64,000 nt of DNA from Zancudomyces culisetae HAW-14-8 (lineage: Eukaryota > Fungi > Kickxellomycota), in NCBI GenBank assembly GCA_052426225.1, contig JBNJNM010000011.1, positions 372,001-436,000 on the forward strand, given 5' to 3'. Position numbers and translations under genes: made by a program. The notes under the pieces are model-generated. The model had not been told where the DNA came from. It made no database searches and saw nothing but the letters and a program-made list of their open reading frames with translations. Shown piece by piece: positions 1 to 10,497 of this stretch; position 1 is the first letter of the stretch, and each line of letters begins with the position of its first letter.

Positions 1-263
1 GCAGCTGTGTTGTTCCGTACTACAGGCATCGCCATGACAGTATGTTGGGTATTGATATTTTCGTCGGGTACGTAGCTTCCTGGAGGTTGTGTTGTTGCAA
101 TGGCACTAGTTCTCTCCCCAGCTCCAGCAAGTGCACGTACAATAGAAAGAATTACCGCTATCGCTATAACCGCAACAATTATGACAACGACAAGGGTCAT
201 ACTGTCCCCCGAACCGCTATAATACCTTCTAAACAGTTTAGGATTTCCAAATTCTTCAACCAT
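1..263 (-). CDS. Small single-pass membrane protein, 3' end outside window (not in ORF track)
   Basis: Hand translation from ATG at 263: MVEEFGNPKLFRRYYSGSGDSMTLVVVIIVAVIAIAVILSIVRALAGAGERTSAIATTQPPGSYVPDEN..., open to position 1. Clear hydrophobic helix; TATAAAA on the - strand at about 344-350. Confidence 0.65.
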   Translation of the reverse strand, partial: MVEEFGNPKLFRRYYSGSGDSMTLVVVIIVAVIAIAVILSIVRALAGAGERTSAIATTQPPGSYVPDENINTQHTVMAMPVVRNNTA

Positions 264-1507
264 CTCAAAAATTTATCTGTAAATGTTATTTCTATCTTGT
301 CCAATTTTCTTTGTTGAGGAAAAACTTAGGCCTTTTGGGGTCCTTTTATAACAAACGCGGGTACGTCAATTCATTTATTTATTTTCTGTCATTTAGCTAT
401 CAAAAATATTGAAACATGAAGCAAGTTAAATAAAGGCAAAAGATCAAATCTAGATGAAATGATGTAATTTTCTCCAATTTACCAATACTTTTTGATCAAT
501 TTGCAACATTTTGGTCTCATGATTCTTTAAGCAAAATTGCTCAAGAACATCAGTACATCAGAACAACAAATTATCAATGCATAAGGTCCGCCCATTTGCT
601 AGGCTAATGTTTTTCTAGCTTAGAACCATAGAAAAAAAAAGGGTAAATCTAAAATGGTTTTTAGTTCATTGGTATGTAATTATGCAAATGTTTTATCCAG
701 CAAATTCTCGCAAATAACACTACAGGACCTAATTGAGATGTTCACGTTTTTTTGTTTTTGTAAGGCCATCTCTAAAAAATATCTGCCAAATAACATGCTT
801 GGCATCTATAGTTATTCTTACCAAGACAGCACAAGAAAATCACTAGAACGAGTATTAGTATAAATTTGCTGTGTTTATAGAAACGAGTCAGAGGTTTTAG
901 CGCCATGAGATTGAATCATCATAAAAAAAGTCAAGTGGGCATGTTGGCATGTTGGCTTAGCGTACCAATTTTCCATTTCCCACCTTTGATATTTTACCAA
1001 AAAAAAAGTACCCACATTTTAAAGTGATAATGCAAGACAACAGAGTTTTCTGGTTCTGGGCGCTTTAAAATCACTTGATAATTTTACATGTTATATATTT
1101 TTGCTCGTCTCCATACTGTGCACGTGGGGGAGGGGATCAAACAGAGAGATAAATAGGTATATTTTCAAATAATGTTATATCTCATCTGTTAATATTTGCA
1201 ACTTAAGCGAAAAAAGTGCTTTTAAAAATGGGCAAATATGTGGTTATCACAAGTTCTAGTAATGTAAGGGAACCATATTTCTGGTTTTTAGTTGTATTAA
1301 TCACCAGTAGCCAACTTGAATGAATTGGTAGGTAGTGTGAAGACACGTCGATGGAAAGGTGTAAATTATTGTTCTTTAAAAAAGAAATTACAAATAGTAA
1401 AAACGATAAAAAAAAGTGTATTCAAGTTTAAAGGCTGAGATGGTGATAGTGCTGTGACCATCCAAACTATGTACTAAGATAAATTTTGGAATTTATTTCA
1501 AAAATCT

Positions 1508-1816
1508 TTACAAAAACGATAATGATAAAATCATCAATACCAGTGAGAATGTGTAGAGAGATGGTTTGTTGTTTTTGTGGGCATTCGAGCAGGTACGAAC
1601 CTTATCATTATAAATTACTGTTTTATTTTCGAACTTGCATTCAAATACTGTCAACCCGTCGGTTATAACATTGCAGCGACAATCAGGGTTTCTTCCTAAC
1701 CACTCACGTATTTCTGCAGTGGTGGTTTTTGATACATCGCACACTGAAAGCATGCAAAGATGGTCTAAACTCGGGCAACTTAAAATGTGTGCAGAGGGGC
1801 TATTTCCGCAATCCAT
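1508..1816 (-). CDS. Small Cys-rich protein with C-terminal hydrophobic tail (possible GPI-anchored/surface protein; may have an upstream exon)
   Basis: 102-aa ORF with 8 Cys and terminal YTFSLVLMILSLSFL. A CTAA...TAG acceptor-like sequence lies just upstream (~1837). Exon 1 not resolved. Confidence 0.45.
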   Translation of the reverse strand: MDCGNSPSAHILSCPSLDHLCMLSVCDVSKTTTAEIREWLGRNPDCRCNVITDGLTVFECKFENKTVIYNDKVRTCSNAHKNNKPSLYTFSLVLMILSLSFL

Positions 1817-2437
1817 TTTTAATAACTTTATAACGTCTATGCTTTAGTTATTGTGCAAATATTTCGTTCTATGTTTGAAATTATGATATTTTCCTAGATG
1901 AATCAAAAATATTGAGATATGCTCACTAGAGGAAAAGGGTTGAAAAGTAAGTCTTTTAACACGAAGATTCACTGATTATATACTTTTTTTCTACAGTAGC
2001 ATTGAGATGTAAAGGTAGATAGGGGTAGAGGGTAGAAGGTAGAACCGAACAGTTAAAACAAAAAAAAAAAGTTCTTTTTAGTTGCTTTTTAATTCTCAAT
2101 CTCATCCCAATATTTCGTAAATCCATCTAAAAAAAATCTGAAACTCAGTAAATGAAGCAACAAATAAGAATTATGGATAATATGAGCTATATCAAATCTT
2201 TTAGCCAAGAGAGCATTTAACAGGTTCCAAATACAGGATGCCCAACCGCTAGACAGCATCTAATTCATCTTTGAATTTAAGATAGCAATATTGAGTATTT
2301 ATAAAGCACATCACATCTCTTTTACTGCTAAAATCGTGCATGACCCGAGATTCAATTAATACCAAAAACAAGGAAAAAATACAGGGGTTGCAAGAAAACA
2401 TCCTCGACGCACGAGTGAGTATTTTTTAACCTGTTCG

Positions 2438-4151
2438 CTATGTTTGTTTGCCGCTTTGTAGAAGGTGGGTTTTATAAGACAAATTTGGTTTGATTTTGAT
2501 CAAAGATAGTTTGTAGAGCAAATGACGGTATGGTGATAATTTGCACCATATAATTGATTTATTGAGAAACAAACACTCTCCTCCCTTCTTTCGCAAGCAG
2601 ATAAATGGTGAGAAATTACAGCATGAGTAAGAGTTGCTCAATTTGGTGATCCAACTATAAACACCAAATAATGTGCTAAACAAGTACAATACAATTGAGT
2701 TCAGATGCAACACGGTGTAGAAGAAAAACAATTTGATTTCGTAAAAGCAGAGTGATGTTGGTACTGTTAGTGCTACTGTTACTATTGCTATTATTATTGT
2801 TGTTACTGTTGCTTTTTCCAACCATGGTGTTGTTGGAATGTGGTAGTGATGTGAAAATAAGTAGATTTTGTACTAGATAGTCAAGGTTATCAACGAGTAT
2901 AACAGTGTAGTTGGGCTTGGTTGATTCCGTGGTTGAACTCTCGCTTTGTATATCCAATTCCAAGTCCATATTAGCGCTAATGCTATTACTATGTTTTGGT
3001 TGACTTGAACTTTGTAGAGATTCCTTTTTAGATAGTGTCGGAGGTTTAAAGGATGCAGAGTAAAGTAATTGGTAAAGGGTAGCAATTAATTGTGTGCTGG
3101 AGTATATTCTAATCAAGTCGACCCGCGAGACCAATTCTATTTTGATACAGGTAAGGTTGCTGTGGGTAATGTACAATATGTCAAGGTAGTTGGATAGGTG
3201 AACTGTTAGTTAAAAACATAGTTTAAACTGTACCTGAAAAATCAAAACCAAAAGATGTGTCTGTGTACGCAGAGCGCAAGGAGGTGTAGCAAAAATCGCC
3301 CGTCAAATCTATTGTTACGAGTATGAAATTGAGAATTAATATCCAGTTGTGGAACATGAGAATGAGAAAAAGTGTGCATAACTTGCCTATATATAATACT
3401 TTTCCACAATCAACCAAAGGCAATTTATCGTGTTTGTTCCGTGCCAACAACGAAGATGCAAAACCTAGCAGGATCGAGTTTGTGATATTCATGTTGTTTG
3501 AAGTACTCGTGATTAGAGTTTGTTTTGGTTTGGGATACTGAACAATCGATCCGAGTGGGATTTTGGGGTTGGAGCTAGGGCTGTGGGAGAAGAAATTTAT
3601 ATAATTATCAGAAGCTGTCATGTGCGTCTGTTCGTGTTCGTGTTCGTGTTCTTGTTCGTGTTCTTGTTCCTGTTCCTGTGAAAAATGATCTTGTTGTGGT
3701 ATCTCGGTACTCGCACTCGATTTGAAATTCTGGCTATGTAATTTAGCTTTGCCACTATTAATTGTTTAATTCAAATTATAGTGAACATGTCAAAACAAGA
3801 TTATATATATTACCTTTTGCTTTCTGTTCCGTGTGTTTCAGTCGTACAACATAGGTTCTTGCGAACAGTGTGTTTTGACAGAATCTCGTTAAGAAAAAAC
3901 ATTTCATGCGGAGTAAATGAACTTAATTTCCCAAACTCATTTGTAGGATTTCCATGCTCTATTGAAATTTACATGCAAAATCTAGATTATCATTTTTCAG
4001 ACAAATAAAGGTGGAACAGAAAAAGGGATCGAGAATTACCAGAAAAGAGGAGAAAGAGGTCGGAAACAGTTCGTACGTTAAAAGAAAATAACTTGGAGCG
4101 TAGCTGGGGAGTGAGATGAGGAATTGAAAGAATTGAAATGTCTACGCTCAT
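2438..4151 (-). CDS. RAD51 paralog (RAD51D-like), multi-exon; boundaries approximate
   Basis: ORF fragments in RecA/Rad51 order: MSVDISILSIPHLTPQLRSKLFSFNVRTVSDLF (RAD51D-like N-terminus), GKVLYI|IDLTGDF, Walker B-like VILVDNL, LHRVASELNCIVLV, WCKLSPYRHLL. Frame changes between fragments imply introns. Confidence 0.5.
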
Positions 4152-4300
4152 CCTGATCTCGTTCGGAAAAATAAAAACAAATAGCAAATGAAGATAATTA
4201 TTATACAATTTTGATGATTCAATTGATTTATTTGATTTATTTGTATGCAAATGTACATTTACCAAACAAAAATAAACAAAAATAAAACTGAGAAAATAGC

Positions 4301-5569
4301 TTATTTGAAGACTTGACCGTCAGCACATGGCTTTGGAAGAGTAGGTCCCTCCCAGGCAAATACATCACCAACCTTTTCACGTACAGCAGGATCAGAAGGA
4401 TCTACCTTGGTGAATTGGAATGACTCGTAGTCAGCAGCATCGTAGATCTCAAAGATTACTTCTTGACCTCTGACAAGGAAGTAACCGTGGATCATGTTGT
4501 CATTGTTCTCACCGAGAGTAAGAAGTGAACCGAAGGCGTACTTGCGGGCACGCTCAATACGGGTCAAGAAACCACGGATGAGGTTGTTGGACATGAATAC
4601 AAGAGTCAATTCGTCGTTGTATTTGTAGTCAACTTGCCAGATGGACCAACCCTCGGCATCAAAGTTCTTCCAGAAGTAGTCCATGGCTGCTGGCTTGGTG
4701 TCGTTGTTTGAGTAGAAGCGCTTCCAGTCATCGAGAACGAATGGTGATGGTGGAAGAAGGTCAAGAGGATTCTTTGGCTTTGGTGCTGGCTTCTCCTCTT
4801 CTTCAGCCTTCTCTTCGGCCTTTGGCTTCTCCTCAGCCTTTGGCTTTTGTTCCTTTGGCTTTTGCTCCTTTGGTTGTTTCTGTTGCTTTTGTGGAGGCTG
4901 GGGCTTCATTTGCTCAACACAGAATTCGAATGAGCTACCGCCAAAGATTGAAGCAAATTCTTGCTTTCTGACCATGGTCCAGAAATATCTGGTCACGTTC
5001 TTGATGGTCTTACGGTAGTCCTTGGTTGCATAGAGCTTCATTACCATTGCGAGGTTGCACACCATGACGATATCGGCGATTGTGAGGCGTTCACCAACAA
5101 GATATGTCTTGTCCAACAAGATATGGTCAAGTGCTCCCAAGAATCTCTTGAGTCTATCCTCGTTGATTTGGAACACTGGCTTGAGGTATGGGTTAAATCC
5201 CTTGCACATGTAGAACAATTCCATGAATGCTGGCACGATCTCTGCCTCGGAAAAGAACATGTACTGGAGGATGCTTCCTGTCTCCTCGTTGGTTCTACCC
5301 AAAAGTCCTTTGCTGTTGCCCTCATCGCGGCCGGCAAGATGGTATGCGATGGCTGAACTGTCAGTCAATTTGTAACCACTCTTTGCATCTACAAATGCTG
5401 GGGTCTTTCCAAGTGGGAACTTGGACAAAAAGTCTTCAGACTTGTTGGTTTCTCCCATTACAAAGTCTGGGGTGGTTTCGATATCCAAACCCAAGATCTT
5501 GGCGACGATCAAACTCTTGGCCAAGCGTGGGTTTCCAGCTACTGGTGCGTAGATCTTTCCAACTGCCAT
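4301..5569 (-). CDS. EEF1G: Translation elongation factor 1B gamma (GST-N, GST-C, K/E/P-rich linker, EF1G domain)
   Basis: KFPLGKTPAF, LLDKTYLVGERLTIADI, KPKNPLDLLP.SPFVLDDWKRFYSNNDT, FWKNFDAEGWSIW..DYKYNDELTLVFMSNNLI.GF, C-terminal DGQVFK. Confidence 0.97.
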   Translation of the reverse strand: MAVGKIYAPVAGNPRLAKSLIVAKILGLDIETTPDFVMGETNKSEDFLSKFPLGKTPAFVDAKSGYKLTDSSAIAYHLAGRDEGNSKGLLGRTNEETGSILQYMFFSEAEIVPAFMELFYMCKGFNPYLKPVFQINEDRLKRFLGALDHILLDKTYLVGERLTIADIVMVCNLAMVMKLYATKDYRKTIKNVTRYFWTMVRKQEFASIFGGSSFEFCVEQMKPQPPQKQQKQPKEQKPKEQKPKAEEKPKAEEKAEEEEKPAPKPKNPLDLLPPSPFVLDDWKRFYSNNDTKPAAMDYFWKNFDAEGWSIWQVDYKYNDELTLVFMSNNLIRGFLTRIERARKYAFGSLLTLGENNDNMIHGYFLVRGQEVIFEIYDAADYESFQFTKVDPSDPAVREKVGDVFAWEGPTLPKPCADGQVFK

Positions 5570-6314
5570 TTTTTCTCTGTTTTTTGTCTGTTCGGTTAAC
5601 TGAATATTAAAAATAAAATAAAAACTAGTGCTAGTTTTTGTTTTGCTTTTATATTTTTTTATAGTGAAGAACTAAAGTCAAGGGAATTCAAATTGGGAAT
5701 ACAAACAATTTAAACTATCTCTGAAAAAAAAATTTTTTTTCCTTTCTATTTCGTTTGGGCATTGATTTGGGCTTAAGAACTGTTTATTTTTCTTTCCCCT
5801 TCACTAGTTTTTACACGTCTGCTAAATCAACCCAATTTGTTGAAAGTCTAGAAAAATCCTTCTTTTTCATTGATTGTTTATTTACCTAGGTTTGCTATTT
5901 TCAGCCAAACACAGCACAACAAAACCCATTCAAATCACTATGTTTTGGAGAATCCTCATTTGTCAGAATACACGCAAATATGTAAGATCATGCCACTACA
6001 CACCCGAGCATACCCGCAGGCTGCCATCCTCACGCTCTTCCTGAACTTGAGCTTTTCTGGACCGCTTTACCATTATTGCTACCATTTTTATTACATCAAT
6101 TTATCAAGAAAGGGGCAAGCGAAAATAAACAGAATCTCTTACTGATACCCGTTACCTGCCCCTCAATATAATTATACTGTTTATACTACACGCTATTATG
6201 AATATATGGGACTATTAAAAGTAATGAAGAGGTCTAAAAGAAAACAAACCGAATAGACAAGAATGTTGTCTCAAAATGCACATTTCTAGTTGAAGCATTC
6301 ATACTCACATCATA

Positions 6315-7391
6315 CTAGGAGGACTGACTAATCATATCACTTGGGCCTCCTAGGCTAAACGATGATGATTGTCGGGAAGGTGTTGCGGAGTCACGTGGGC
6401 GCGAGTTTGAAGTACCACCGCTGCCACCTTCGTTAGTGATATCATTGGGGTTTGAGTTTGAGCTTGGATTTAAGTTTGGGTCTGAGCTTGGGTTGGAACT
6501 GTTGTTGTTGTTGTTGTTTCCGCTGTTATTGTTATTCGGGGAGGAATTAGAAGAGTTAGAAAGACCAGCGACCACATTCTGCGGATCTAGCTCCAACGCC
6601 AGTAGACTGGTATTGGTGGTGGAAACTATGTGTGCATTCGAGTCTTGCCTCGATCGTTTGCTTGCCATTTCACCAATATTGCTATCTGTAAATGTATGCT
6701 GTTTTAAACTGTCTTTGGAAATATCAGCGGGCAATTTTCGTTTTTTCTTGTTCCTGTTACTATTATTATTATTCCGTTTGACCGCTTGTTGTAGCATGGC
6801 TACTTTTACTCGGTAATCCAATCCAAGCTGACCACTAACATACGAAAAAAACTCAGAAAGCCGGCAGAAATCCCAATCGAGAGCCAGCGCGCGAAGAAAG
6901 TGTTCCTGTTGAGTTCGCAGCTGCTGAAGTGGTGGATGCTGATGAATGTTTTGGTACGGTACGACCGACGCAAGCCTACTGACCAGCTGCGCAACACGAT
7001 GACATGTCCAATCCTTTGTCACTTCGCGAACCAAAATCCCTTTTCGTCGCTCTCCCTCCTGTGGGCTACACACGTTCATGCTTTCTTCTTTTCTTTTCCC
7101 CTCTTTTTTCTTCTTCTCCTTCCCTTCGCCAAACATATCCTCCTCAAAGACACTAACCCCGGTTTCTTTTCCACAGAGGTTTGGGCTATCACAACTCCAA
7201 CAAGCTGTTATCTGCCGAATTATCAATGCAGTTGTTTCTATTCTCCAATCCGCCACTAGCCATCTTATCGCATTTATTATCCGGTCTAACGGATATTTGT
7301 TTGCTATCCTCTGCAGGTACGACGCTGTTAGTGCTGCATTATCTTCGTTCTTTAGCCAACTATAGAACGATGCATCGTATATCTTGTCCAT
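6315..7391 (-). CDS. Hypothetical protein: helical Trp-containing N-terminal repeats, basic NLS-like stretch, N/S-rich tail
   Basis: 358-aa ORF with repeated W-spaced motifs (LVADWRIE, VTKDWTCH, LALDWDFC), NKKKRK and a poly-Asn tail. Confidence 0.75.
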   Translation of the reverse strand: MDKIYDASFYSWLKNEDNAALTASYLQRIANKYPLDRIINAIRWLVADWRIETTALIIRQITACWSCDSPNLCGKETGVSVFEEDMFGEGKEKKKKEGKRKEESMNVCSPQEGERRKGILVREVTKDWTCHRVAQLVSRLASVVPYQNIHQHPPLQQLRTQQEHFLRALALDWDFCRLSEFFSYVSGQLGLDYRVKVAMLQQAVKRNNNNSNRNKKKRKLPADISKDSLKQHTFTDSNIGEMASKRSRQDSNAHIVSTTNTSLLALELDPQNVVAGLSNSSNSSPNNNNSGNNNNNNSSNPSSDPNLNPSSNSNPNDITNEGGSGGTSNSRPRDSATPSRQSSSFSLGGPSDMISQSS

Positions 7392-10300
7392 CCTTTTAAT
7401 TGTACCTTCTACATCCAGCCACCTTTTCCCCTTACCTTGCTCCTTTATGCCTGTCCCGTCGATCTCTGCAGCATCTAGACCCGCTCTGGCGGTATAATCT
7501 ATTCAATATTCATCAATAACATGCTATTATCTATTTTTACATCCTACTTTTCTTACTTATCAATGATTTACCTTCTGCCCACCAATTATCCTGTTTACTG
7601 TTGTTCTGATTACAATGCATATAATCCATTTTATTTTTACTTATCATATATTTTTCGTATTTTCTGGGTTTCCTATCACCTTCTCTGTTATAAGAATTTA
7701 GTAAATTGCTTGGTCTATCAACACATTTAATTGAATCCCCAAGAACCAGTATGACTGTGTAATAATTTTCTTTAGATTCAGCAGTATTGGGTATGTTTCC
7801 TAATTTCTCTTCTTACTATATTTTCTAAAGTCTCATAAATTCATATTTTTGTTTTGTATTTCTACTTTTAACTGCCACAAAAAGTCAAGAAATATTATTG
7901 TTCTAAAAACTATACTCCTAATACAAAGTTACTTCAACCAAAAAAGAGGAAGTCTTTGCCATTAAAATAAATTATTTGCGGTCGATTTTCTCTTTTTTCG
8001 CCTTTTCCAAAAAACTTCCATTTTTAATTTCTTCAATTGGGAAAAAATAAATAAAGCAGGCTACCACAATTGCAAAAATCCATACAAAGCACATAAATAT
8101 TTACAAAACTATTATGAGCACTTTGTTATTTTTACAAATTTATTTACACTGGTTACGTGATTCTTTAATGTTTTAAACTTGCTAAACTGAATGCACATGA
8201 ATTCCAAAATATAGAATACATAGTAGGATAAAACCATAGGCTTTTTTTCCTTTGGTATTTATTTTCGCTTTAACACCAATTACTTTTTGCTTATTTCTTT
8301 GTTAATCATTTATTCGATATTTTAGGGCCGTTAATCATCTGCTCACTCTATAAGCACAAAATTAGGAGAAAAAAATGATACTCAATAGACGTTCTATTTT
8401 GCGTTCAATTTGTCTGTTCACACTCTAGCGTTATATGTACGAATTTGCTCATCATTCTGCACTGAAATTCCTGCAAGTTGCAAAGTGTCTTGCACATTAC
8501 TATTGTTTGTCACTCAACTTTTAATATCTCCCATTGTTTTATATTTACGTTATTTTCGCTTATTTTGTTTATTTTTACGGGATTAAGCTGGAGAACAAAA
8601 CAAAAAAACGAACCCTATCACATGTGTGTTCTTGCTCACGAGGGTTATTTTTCTTTTTTTGGGGGGAGAGAAAGATATTTTGATTATTTGCATTCAGCAA
8701 AGAGGAAGTAATTCCACTGATATACCAGTATGGAAAAAGCGGTAAGTTACTGAGACCCCCGATAGAGTGTGTCCAAAAAGAATTAGTTTTTTCTCTGTCT
8801 AAAAACGGAGGCATGCTCGAATTCGCTGCTTTAATTTTTTTTTCAACACAGCCCCTCCTCATATTGTGAAAATGGAAACACTAAGTAAAAAAATATTCCG
8901 ACAATGTTGATTGGGAATTCTAACTCGTCAGCTTTAGACTTCTTTGCCGAAATAGATACACACACATGTACGGGATGCTGATGTAGGTGTGGGCGTGGGT
9001 GTAAATTTAAATGCAGCAGTAAAGATAGTGCAGCAATACGTATTAATACGCACTGCCATCTACCACCTAAATAGAATTAGCCATATAGCCATAACGTGTT
9101 TTATTGCCTACAAATTTCCATATGCACAGAAAAAATAAACCATACAGCAGCCATTGCTCGTACCAGCAGGATACGTTTACTTTCAACAGAATTTTTGTTT
9201 CATTAATCATATTTTTTGCTCTCTTAATATCTGTACACTGACCTAAAATAAACATATACACCTTTTCCCCTATTTTTCAATAAAAGGCCAGTATGTGGTT
9301 TCAGTAAAGATACTTGTGTAAAAATACTAATAATACATAATTATCAGGGTACTTTATAATTGTGAAAATGTCAATTATTGGTAAACTCAAACAAAAAGAT
9401 TGATTAACTCGCTCGTATTGCAAAGCGCTTTAAACACAGTTTTTTGCTAGATTGTTCATGAACTTTTTTCTTAATTGCAATATGTGCTCACAAATGGGAA
9501 TAGTAAAATAAAGCGAATGCCAAAAAAAGAGAGAATAAAAATAAGGCAGCATTTTGTAGATTCTAAACAATGTAGTTTGAGTATTCCCGGAAAGTGTAAT
9601 TCAGGACGGGAGACAGAAAGTGGAATGCAGGAAGGTGGTGAGAGAAAGACAGAAAGATGGGAGTGTGTGCCTTTCCATGGCATTTCAGCATTTTTCTTTC
9701 TGACTAAACGATTAGTAAAGATAGCTATTTAATCGTAATAAATTAGAGGTAAAAAAACGCAAAGGCTGAGTTTAGGTGGTAGAAATATTGGTATTTCCAC
9801 CTTCTATTTGTTTCTGATTAATATTCAATAGCTGCATACTCTTTTACCAATGGTTATAATCTGTACTCTAAAAACGATTTATTAATGAGGAGGTGAAAAA
9901 TTATGTTAACAAATCCGTAAATCAAGGCTTACAAAACTATAGTAAGGACAAGAACGTAGCTTGGCCAAACATATGAGACAAGGTACAAGGAGAGAGGTGG
10001 ATGAAAAAAGTATAAAAAGTCACGAGTCAAGGGTAGGGATGGGGATGGGAATAGGGTCAAGAGTAGAGAATAATGCGGTTTATTTTTAGTAACTATAGTT
10101 TCATTAACAATTTGGGGATTTCGTGCACCTAGATACAATCATTACCAAGTCCAGAAAAATAAAAACTGGTTTTATCCAAATTTGTCCAATATTAGCCAAT
10201 TGTTTTTAAAGAGCCAATCAGAGTATGTTTGTTGTGTTCTTTGTTTTATCGCGCATTTTGACCATTACTAACCATAAATTACGCAAGGGCTTTGTAGTAT

Positions 10301-10497
10301 TGTTTAATAAAGTCGAAATGAGGAAGTGCTAGAACAAAATATTCAAATCATCGAATTGTCTCAAGCTTTGATATACTACACTACAATACACTACACCACA
10401 CTGTAATAAAATTTATTGTAAATATACAAAACAGTAGAAAGTGCGAATAAAGGCGTACCAAATTTTAATATTTATTTCATACAAAACTGCGGCGAAG

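Noticed and set aside
5940-6165. GC-richer stretch with an AGGGGCA/TGCCCCT stem and U3-like box words on the - strand
   Set aside because: No U3 box A or RNase P/MRP core recognised; could be UTR or an exon of the neighbouring gene
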